From Patescibacteria group bacterium (GTDB lineage: Bacteria > Patescibacteriota > Minisyncoccia > Phycocordibacterales > Zambryskibacteraceae), in assembly GCA_038058485.1 (NCBI GenBank), contig JBBUBA010000012.1, positions 1 through 44,752 of the forward strand: a stretch of DNA of 44,752 bases. The letters run 5' to 3'. This document shows, piece after piece, positions 1-6,254 of this stretch. The notes under the pieces were generated by a model. That model did no database searches, was not told the origin of the DNA, and saw nothing but the letters and a program-made list of their open reading frames with translations. Position numbers and translations under genes: made by a program. The first letter of the stretch is position 1, and the number at the start of each line of letters is the position of its first letter.

Positions 1-51
1 AGTAATCGCGGGTCAGCTATACCGCGGTGAATACGTTCTCAAGTCTTGTAC

Positions 52-944
52 TCAGCCGTAAGGCGCTGGGCAGGTAATAAATCTAAGTTGTTGAAATCAA
101 CTCCTCCGGAATATCTCTGGAGCGTAGTGAACGGGTAATCTGCATACCGTGAGGTGGCAGGTGAAGGATCCTAGTAGCAAAAAGCAGTCCATTCAAAAAA
201 GAGGGGTACGACCCATTGGGTGAGTAATGGGGAAGTGCCACAAAAACCTCGAATGGAATGCAGGGAATAGAGTTATTATTGACCCCAGGAGATCTCAGGG
301 TGGACGAAGTAGTTGTCCACATGAGAAGTCAGCTGCGTCGTAGTACCACTCGTCAACTTAATGTTATAATTGAGTAACGCATGGGAAGGACAAAACCGAT
401 AGTTTCGAAGGATTACATTGTTGGATTGACTGATGGAGAGGGGTGCTTTTATGTTAATACATGGAAGTCTTCTTCATACAAAGCAGGGTATGGAGTTCAA
501 ATGCACTTTCATCTGAAAATGCAAGAGAAGGATAAGCCCTTACTTGAGAAAATCAAAAACACTCTTGAATGTGGCGCGGTGTACTTTCAGAAAGAACAGC
601 GCGTTAACCATTCTCAGTGTTATAGATACACAGTCAGTTCTCAGAAAGATATAATAGAAAGTATTATTCCTTTCTTCCAACAATATCCCTTGCAAAGTGT
701 TTCTAAACGAAGAAGTTTCTTAATTTTCTGTCGAATTGCCAAACTTGTTCAGTCAGGTAGGCATTTGACAGAGAGTGGAGTGAAACAAATTCAAACACTG
801 AAGTCGAGGATGAACCAGAGAACTATTGGACTCGCGTAGTGCGGGAAATCCGCACGCTACGTTCCGTCACCATGCCGACACATGGCCGGATCCTAACACT
901 TGTTTAGTACATGTTAGGAGGGAACGCGAAACAAAAATTATCGC
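52..944 (+). mobile_element. Intervening sequence in 16S rRNA (putative self-splicing, group I-like intron); boundaries +/- a few nt
   Basis: The conserved 16S sequence breaks after CTTGTAC (51) and resumes near 945 (..AATCCGCCCGTC). The ~890-nt insert carries a homing endonuclease ORF. I did not fold the ribozyme core. Confidence 0.75.
381..839 (+). CDS. LAGLIDADG homing endonuclease (single-motif type), intron-encoded
   Basis: The N-terminal YIVGLTDGEGCF motif is a LAGLIDADG dodecapeptide. Size is 152 aa, and the ORF lies wholly inside the rRNA insertion. Confidence 0.9.
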   Translation: MGRTKPIVSKDYIVGLTDGEGCFYVNTWKSSSYKAGYGVQMHFHLKMQEKDKPLLEKIKNTLECGAVYFQKEQRVNHSQCYRYTVSSQKDIIESIIPFFQQYPLQSVSKRRSFLIFCRIAKLVQSGRHLTESGVKQIQTLKSRMNQRTIGLA

Positions 945-1188
945 AATCCGCCCGTCAACTCAAGGGAGATGGGAGTACCCGAAGTTCCCGCCTAGCGGGA
1001 CCCACGGTAAGCTCATCGACAGGGAGTAAGTCGTAACAAGGCACGGGTAGCGGAAGCTGCTCGTGGAGTAATTCAATTTGAAAATCTTTTGCCAAAAGCA
1101 AAGGTGACAGAGTCGATATCTATCGAAAGGTGGATGGACAATTATCACAAAGTCCTAAAATGTGATATGACACTTAGGAAAGACTAGT

Positions 1189-1213
1189 GAACGGAGCAAA
1201 ACAGAGAACGATA
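1189..1213 (+). repeat. 25-nt conserved box GAACGGAGCAAAACAGAGAACGATA, copy 1
   Basis: Identical 25-mer recurs at 2797-2821. Both copies sit just upstream of a GNRA-loop terminator hairpin followed by TTTTGTGTTG. Confidence 0.8.
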
Positions 1214-1215
1214 GC

Positions 1216-1243
1216 AAAACCGCCGAAAGGCGGTTTTGTGTTG
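1216..1243 (+). terminator. Intrinsic terminator downstream of 16S
   Basis: AAAACCGCC-GAAA-GGCGGTTTT hairpin followed by a T-rich tail. Confidence 0.7.
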
Positions 1244-1297
1244 CAATCCTAGCTAGGGATGGTAAGCTTTACTGATACTAATAATCAATTTTAAATC

Positions 1298-2797
1298 ATG
1301 AAGCGTCTTGTTATGGGTCTTGTTCTAGTCTTTCCTTTGTTTGTTTCTGCACAATTAACAATTCTCACTATTCCCACTTCCTCTGTACTTCCAAATGCAA
1401 AGGTTGGGCAATCATATTCTGTGGCGTTGAATGTTTCTGGTGGAGACGGCTCAAATTATAGCTGGAGTGTAGATGGTGGGGCAGCCGCATTCCCAGTGAC
1501 TGGTTTAGGTTTTAGCTCTACGTATGGAAATCAGATCTACATCACTGGCACTCCAGCAAAGATTTATGTTGGAGGGGTCGAACAAACGACTCCCCGTACT
1601 TTCACCTTTAATGTTTCTGTAACCTCTGGTTCTCAAAGCTATACTAAGCAGTTTACTTTAACAGTAGATCCGGCGATAACTTCAGCACCTACTGTATCTT
1701 TAGGAAATCCGACATATTATTCTAATGGCACTGCATATATGTCTTGGAGTGCTACAAATGTGACTTCTTGCACGGCGCTGAAGGAAGGAGGATTTCACTC
1801 CTTAATACTAGATTTACCGACTAATCAAACTAGCTTCGGCCCAAATTATTTTATTGCTGATAGTAACGGAAATTATTCGATTAGATGTACCGGGCCAGGG
1901 GGAACAGCGGTTTCAAATTCTGTGGTAGTTTCTTCTAGCTTACTACCGACTCCAATTCCTACTATTACAGTTGCTCTTTCTGCAAACCCATCAATTATTA
2001 CAGCTGGGCAATCAGTAACCATAACTTGGTCTTCAACCAATGCCGTAAGTTGTGGCCCAACAGAAAAGGACGGAAGATGGAATCCCGGTTCAGAAACTTC
2101 TGGTTATATAACCGTAAGTCCAACTCAGACCACTACATACACTATTCTTTGTCATAGTCAGACTGAAAGTATTCTGGCTGCAAATCAGCCATTATCTGTA
2201 ACCAAAAGTGTGACCGTTGTTGTTACATCAGCAACTTCTCCAGTGGATCCTGCTATTAGATCCCAGATGGCAAATGCTCGGGCACAAGCAGAGTTGTATT
2301 ATGATACCCATAATAATAGCTATGCTGGGGTATGCACTAACAGCGGAGGAGTATATTCGTTTATGGCTAATGCTGCCCAACAACTTTCTTCAGGAAATGT
2401 CGTTGGATATAATGCCATTCCATTTTCCTACAATGCTTCTGGTGCTAGTGGATCTTCAGTTTGTCACGACGGCGCTGGTTCTTGGGCGGCCATTACTTCC
2501 TTGAAAAATCCTACCACTGCAAACTCCGGCCACTGTGTCGATTCTACAGGGGTTTCTAGGGAAGCAACATCTTTGCCGGCTTACGCAACTTCTTGTCCAG
2601 GTTCTTCTACTCAAGCTCCCGCTTACACCCCACCCGTAACAACTACGGTCTCTCCAGCTAGCCTAACCACCATGTCTGATGCGCAGAGACAATCGATGAT
2701 AATGCAACTCCAACAGTTATTAGCCTCACTTCTTCAGCAACTTATCCAGCTCCTACAACAACAGGCTGCTACGGCAATAATGAGTCAATCGCGCTAG
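1298..2797 (+). CDS. Secreted surface protein with Ig-like repeats, a Cys-containing pilin-like globular domain and a Gln/Leu-rich C-terminus
   Basis: Signal peptide MKRLVMGLVLVFPLFVSAQ. He_PIG-like segment (VGQSYSVALNVSGGDG..YSWSV..ITGTP). ARAQAELYYD..SYAGVC ... HCVDSTG resembles pilin head domains. Tail is QLQQLLASLLQQLIQLLQQQ. Confidence 0.85.
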   Translation: MKRLVMGLVLVFPLFVSAQLTILTIPTSSVLPNAKVGQSYSVALNVSGGDGSNYSWSVDGGAAAFPVTGLGFSSTYGNQIYITGTPAKIYVGGVEQTTPRTFTFNVSVTSGSQSYTKQFTLTVDPAITSAPTVSLGNPTYYSNGTAYMSWSATNVTSCTALKEGGFHSLILDLPTNQTSFGPNYFIADSNGNYSIRCTGPGGTAVSNSVVVSSSLLPTPIPTITVALSANPSIITAGQSVTITWSSTNAVSCGPTEKDGRWNPGSETSGYITVSPTQTTTYTILCHSQTESILAANQPLSVTKSVTVVVTSATSPVDPAIRSQMANARAQAELYYDTHNNSYAGVCTNSGGVYSFMANAAQQLSSGNVVGYNAIPFSYNASGASGSSVCHDGAGSWAAITSLKNPTTANSGHCVDSTGVSREATSLPAYATSCPGSSTQAPAYTPPVTTTVSPASLTTMSDAQRQSMIMQLQQLLASLLQQLIQLLQQQAATAIMSQSR

Positions 2798-2821
2798 AAC
2801 GGAGCAAAACAGAGAACGATA
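2797..2821 (+). repeat. 25-nt conserved box, copy 2 (followed by a 43-nt GC-rich insertion at 2822-2864)
   Basis: 25/25 identity with 1189-1213. Starts at the stop codon of the 1298..2797 CDS. Confidence 0.8.
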
Positions 2822-2864
2822 CCCGCCTGCAAGCGCCTGAGCGCAAGCGATGGCGGGCAGGAAC

Positions 2865-2893
2865 AAAATCCCCGCAAGGGGATTTTGTGTTGG
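2865..2893. terminator. Bidirectional intrinsic terminator between convergent genes
   Basis: AAAATCCCC-GCAA-GGGGATTTT hairpin with A/T runs on both sides. Lies between the stops of 1298..2797(+) and 2894..3349(-). Confidence 0.7.
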
Positions 2894-3349
2894 CTAATTA
2901 GATTTACACTGGAAAGCAAATGTAGCTTGACCAAGAATCTTTCCGCTAGTTGACGAAGCTATATTTTGACAAGAGTATACTCTAAATGAATACTCATCTG
3001 GGTAGGACGAAGAATTCCCCTCGGCACATTTTTGGGCTGCGAGTGCAAATACTGGTCCAGTTCCTGGACGCACGCTACCAATTTGCTGGTGGTCACTCAC
3101 GAGTGTTCCACAAGCATTAGTTGGGTATGTGTATACAATAGTCTTTTCCTCAAGGGATAATGCGGCACTTGATGTTGAGTTGTAAGTTGGGTTGTTGTAC
3201 CCAGAATAATCTATTGGGTTGTAGGGTGAAACTGTATATGGGTTTGTATTTCTAGATTTAACCAGAGATCGGTTTTGTATAAAGGCATAAACTACCGCGA
3301 CTATAACTAGTATTGAGATAAAACCTAGTCCTATATAAGTCTTAAGCAT
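2894..3349 (-). CDS. Small membrane-anchored extracytoplasmic protein (4 Cys), unknown function
   Basis: N-terminal TM helix (IGLGFISILVIVAVVYAFI). Its start lies 1 nt after the stop of 3351..4019, so the two look co-transcribed. Confidence 0.7.
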   Translation of the reverse strand: MLKTYIGLGFISILVIVAVVYAFIQNRSLVKSRNTNPYTVSPYNPIDYSGYNNPTYNSTSSAALSLEEKTIVYTYPTNACGTLVSDHQQIGSVRPGTGPVFALAAQKCAEGNSSSYPDEYSFRVYSCQNIASSTSGKILGQATFAFQCKSN

Positions 3350-3350
3350 C

Positions 3351-4019
3351 TTATCTTGAATCTTTCCTCACGTCAGACAAAAAGTAAAAGAAAATTAAGC
3401 CTGATGTTAAGAAAGTTACAACGAGGTTTGCCACTGATACCACAAGGGAGTCAGTGCTATTAAGGAAATTATAAACAAAGAGAACTGCTCGAGTTATTAA
3501 AACAATGAATGTCCAGACCAAAGCTACATACACTAGTTGCTTTCTTGTTTTCATGTTCCGCATATCCGGATTTCTCAAAATCCTTTTTTTCAAGTCAACG
3601 AAAAGATATGCAAAGATTGGGAACGAGACTATGATAGCTGCTATATACCAAGTGAGAAGTGAGCCACCAAAGTATGAGTAACCACCGGCATTTTTTAGCA
3701 TTGAGTTCACAATAAAGTGTCCAATGCCAGCCAAAGCCATGGCGTTTATTGCTAATGTGACAAACATGAGCACGTATTCGAATACTACCCACATGCCAAA
3801 GTGGTCATCTGGAGTAGAATTTGACGATGGGGGCTTTGTTGGGGTAGGTGGAGGAGGAACAATATTAGGCTGCGGCACTTGATTAACTACAGGGTTTAAG
3901 GATAAGTCCACTACATTTGCTGGCCATCCAGCGGTTAGGAGTTGTTGTTTTATTTGGATATCAGTTTGCCCTTGAGATCTCGCAGTCTCTATATATTTGT
4001 TTAATCCTTGTGTGTCCAT
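3351..4019 (-). CDS. Integral membrane protein (DUF5671-like architecture): small N-terminal helical domain, Pro-rich linker, about 4 TM helices
   Basis: Domain layout read from the translation. TATAAT (4026-4031, minus strand) lies 6 nt upstream of the ATG, suggesting a leaderless mRNA. Confidence 0.8.
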   Translation of the reverse strand: MDTQGLNKYIETARSQGQTDIQIKQQLLTAGWPANVVDLSLNPVVNQVPQPNIVPPPPTPTKPPSSNSTPDDHFGMWVVFEYVLMFVTLAINAMALAGIGHFIVNSMLKNAGGYSYFGGSLLTWYIAAIIVSFPIFAYLFVDLKKRILRNPDMRNMKTRKQLVYVALVWTFIVLITRAVLFVYNFLNSTDSLVVSVANLVVTFLTSGLIFFYFLSDVRKDSR

Positions 4020-4098
4020 TTGTAAATTATAGCACTCCCAGAAGATAGAAGATTTGGCATATGTTGATTGGGGATAGTTGTAGCTCGGGATTTTGTGT

Positions 4099-4126
4099 TT
4101 GACAAATACTTATATAAGGGTAGTTT
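4099..4126 (+). promoter_or_regulatory. Sigma70-type promoter for candidate sRNA 1
   Basis: TTGACA (4099-4104), 16-nt spacer, TAGTTT (4121-4126). Confidence 0.45.
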
Positions 4127-4132
4127 GACTAA

Positions 4133-4345
4133 TGGAAACTCACCAAGGGGGGCGCGTGGATGACATGACAGGATTCGATTGGGATCCGAATTTGTACCAA
4201 GGTCGCAGTTGAGAGCAGGTGGAGTCGAATTACAAGACCATGGCTTGGCTGTACGGGTGTGCCGTGGCATGCTTGATCTGTTTCGTGTTGTATGAGTTGG
4301 GGAGTTTCGTCGCAAGCCTCTTCTAGCGAAAGAGGCTTTTCTACT
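4133..4345 (+). ncRNA. Candidate structured small RNA 1 (~210 nt), class unknown
   Basis: Promoter upstream. Closing stem GAAACTC.CCAA (4135-4146) pairs with TTGG.GAGTTTC (4297-4308). Terminator hairpin AGCCTCT/AGAGGCT (4315-4337) plus T tract. No credible ORF. Confidence 0.5.
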
Positions 4346-4368
4346 ATATTTTAGGCCACATTTTATGC

Positions 4369-4398
4369 TTGACAAAAGGAAATCATGTGTGATATAAT
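4369..4398 (+). promoter_or_regulatory. Strong sigma70 promoter with extended -10, for candidate sRNA 2
   Basis: TTGACA (4369-4374), 18-nt spacer, TGaTATAAT (4390-4398). Confidence 0.7.
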
Positions 4399-4404
4399 AT
4401 GCAA

Positions 4405-4672
4405 AGACAAACGCATGACCAACTTCTTGGGGAGGACACGTGTCACTTGACCCGCTCGGCTTCCGAGTCCATTTCGAATCGAAACGGTGGTACGAGGGAT
4501 GGGGAGTAGTGCTGAAGCGGGTGCTTCCTGCTCTACTCGCTTTCTCTCTCCTCTTCTATCTCTACCTCACCCCCATCATCAAGGGTGTGATGAAGTGGTG
4601 GCTTGGTCTGCCGTAGAAGATTCGAAAGGGCGCCGAGGTTACGAAAGTAACCAAGGTGCCCTTTGTTGTTTG
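4405..4672 (+). ncRNA. Candidate small RNA 2 (~265 nt) with a 45-nt pyrimidine-rich tract, class unknown
   Basis: Near-consensus promoter. Long terminator hairpin at 4627-4662 (inner GGTTAC-GAAA-GTAACC) followed by TTGTTGTTTGTG. CU-rich tract at 4531-4575. The overlapping ORFs look spurious. Confidence 0.55.
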
Positions 4673-4745
4673 TGCGCGCGCCAGGGGTCGAACCTGGGAC
4701 CTACCGAGTATCAGTCGATTGCTCTACCAGCTGAGCTACGCGCGC
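4673..4745 (-). tRNA. tRNA-Ile (anticodon GAU), CCA not encoded
   Basis: Hand-folded cloverleaf. Acceptor GCGCGCG/CGCGCGC; D arm GCTC-AGCTGGTA-GAGC; anticodon arm ATCGA-CTGATAC-TCGGT; T arm CCAGG-TTCGACC-CCTGG; discriminator A. Confidence 0.9.
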
Positions 4746-4793
4746 TTGGTGGAGAACTATATCATAGCAAAACTCTCGTGTATAATATTCAAA

Positions 4794-5060
4794 ATGCCAA
4801 AAAGTAGAATTATTCCAATCATTGGATTCTTTATTGCTCTTTTGCCTGTTCTTGGTTTTCCTCACTCTTGGGAATCTTTTTTTCAGGTTGTCGGTGGCTT
4901 AGGTATTGTGCTTCTGGCCGTGCTCATTTCAATAGACAAGAGACTCACTCTCAAAGCCAAATCTGAAAAACGCTTAATGACTCGTCGATCTAGGATGGAA
5001 ATGGAAGAACAAAGTGAGGCCCAATCAACGGTACAGAATGATACAGCGTCGACACAATAA
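4794..5060 (+). CDS. Small membrane protein (2 TM), unknown function
   Basis: The ORF-track ORF 4656..5060 overlaps the tRNA, so the in-frame ATG at 4794 is preferred. It is preceded by TATAAT (4781-4786) plus 7 nt (leaderless pattern). Hydrophobic N-terminal half. Confidence 0.6.
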   Translation: MPKSRIIPIIGFFIALLPVLGFPHSWESFFQVVGGLGIVLLAVLISIDKRLTLKAKSEKRLMTRRSRMEMEEQSEAQSTVQNDTASTQ

Positions 5061-6240
5061 GGGATTCTTGTGGGTGGGAGTTTTTGCTCTCCTGACTCTT
5101 TGCGTTTTAGTTTTTATTTTACCTATAGTTTTCAAAAAAAATTATATCTACGCTCCTGATGAAACATCAACTAATACTTTAATTGCTTCTACCACTGTGC
5201 CCGTGTTTGTGGTAACTCATGTGCCTACTCCAGAACCGCTTAAGGCCATATACATGACGGCTTGTGTAGCCAGTACAAATACTTGGAGGTATACCCTCAA
5301 GAAATTTATCGAGGATACCGAACTCAACTCTGTTGTCATTGATATCAAAGACTATTCTGGCACGGTGTCTATTGAAGACGAAGGTTTGCAGAAAAATGAT
5401 GCATCAGGTTGCAAGGTTAGAGACTTAAAAGAATTTATTGGGGAACTGCATGAAAGCAAGATTTATGTAATTGGCCGTGTCACTGTTTTTCAAGATCCGT
5501 ACTATACCAAAGTTCATCCTGATTTAGCCGTGAAATCGAAGGCTAGTGGTTTGGCTTGGGAGGACAACAAAGGTCTTTCTTTTGTTGATGTTGGCGCAAA
5601 AGATTATTGGGACTATGTAATCAAACTGGCAAAAGCTAGTTACGGAATTGGTTTTGATGAAATTAATTTTGATTACATTCGTTACCCGTCGGATGGCAAT
5701 ATGAAAGATGCTAGCTATACTTGGACCATCGGCACGTCTACAAAATCTGAAATGTTAGAGAATTTCTTCTCCTATTTGCATGACAATACTAAAGACACGG
5801 GGATGAAAACTTCGGCAGATCTTTTTGGCCTGACCACTTTGGCAATTGATGATATGGGGATAGGACAAGTGCTTGAGAAAACTCTTCCATATTTCGACTT
5901 TGTCTATCCAATGGTTTATCCATCACACTACGCATGGAATACGGGAGGTTTCGGGAACCCAGCTACTCACCCTTACGAAATCGTCAAATTCTCGATGACG
6001 AACGGGGTCATTCGTGAACAGGCTCAAAGAGTGTCATTGGGTATTGCAACCTCAACCCCATCCAAACTAAGGCCATGGCTACAGGACTTCGATCTTGGGG
6101 CGGAGTATGGCGTGGTGGAGGTTCAGGCGCAGATAAAGGCCACCTACGACTCAGGGCTCACCAGCTGGCTCATGTGGGACGCTGGGAACAAATACACTCC
6201 TAGCGCATACCTGCCTGCGCAGACGAGTTTGCCAGAGTAG
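5014..6240 (+). CDS. Membrane-anchored putative glycoside hydrolase (DUF4015 / GHL-type TIM barrel)
   Basis: N-terminal TM helix, then GFDEINFDYIRYPSDG and surrounding pattern typical of the DUF4015 putative glycosyl hydrolase family. The true start may be the in-frame ATG at 5038. Confidence 0.8.
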   Translation: MRPNQRYRMIQRRHNKGFLWVGVFALLTLCVLVFILPIVFKKNYIYAPDETSTNTLIASTTVPVFVVTHVPTPEPLKAIYMTACVASTNTWRYTLKKFIEDTELNSVVIDIKDYSGTVSIEDEGLQKNDASGCKVRDLKEFIGELHESKIYVIGRVTVFQDPYYTKVHPDLAVKSKASGLAWEDNKGLSFVDVGAKDYWDYVIKLAKASYGIGFDEINFDYIRYPSDGNMKDASYTWTIGTSTKSEMLENFFSYLHDNTKDTGMKTSADLFGLTTLAIDDMGIGQVLEKTLPYFDFVYPMVYPSHYAWNTGGFGNPATHPYEIVKFSMTNGVIREQAQRVSLGIATSTPSKLRPWLQDFDLGAEYGVVEVQAQIKATYDSGLTSWLMWDAGNKYTPSAYLPAQTSLPE

Positions 6241-6254
6241 TGTAGTATCAGGCC

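Larger units (their letters stand above)
1..1078 (+). rRNA. rrs: 16S rRNA, 3'-terminal part (window starts inside the gene), interrupted by an intron
   Basis: 1-51 matches the universal AGTAATCG..GGTGAATACGTT..CTTGTAC block (E. coli ~1345-1395). 945-1078 resumes with CCGCCCGTCA and AAGTCGTAACAAGG, plus an intact helix-45 hairpin (1042-1065, GGAA loop). Confidence 0.9.

Noticed and set aside
83-1148. ORFs 83..322(-), 826..1029(+) and 960..1148(-) in the ORF track
   Set aside because: They lie inside the rRNA intron core or the 16S exon 2/3' flank and have no protein-like motifs. They overlap sequence explained by rRNA, so I treat them as spurious.
1141-1160. ATCACAAAGTCCTAA as a displaced or degenerate anti-SD tail
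   Set aside because: It lies ~75 nt beyond helix 45, lacks CCUCC, and nothing supports an intron between 1066 and 1141. Probably chance similarity.
4133-4672. Identification of the two RNAs as tmRNA, RNase P RNA, SRP RNA or 5S rRNA
   Set aside because: GGGGGCGCG...GGATTCGA at 4148-4180 superficially resembles a tmRNA 5' end. However, no matching 3' acceptor strand, T-arm or alanine-terminated tag frame was found. GAGGAAAGTCC / ACAGAAnCCGGCTTA (RNase P), GGAAGCAGC next to a closed GNAR loop (SRP) and CCGAAC (5S) are all absent. Left as unknown class; a covariance-model scan is needed.
4001-4807. ORFs 4001..4375(-), 4487..4807(+) and the 5' part of 4656..5060(+)
   Set aside because: They overlap the start of 3351..4019, the two promoter/terminator-bounded RNA candidates or the tRNA-Ile gene. 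Their compositions are low-complexity (Arg/Ser/Pro-rich) and there are no start signals.
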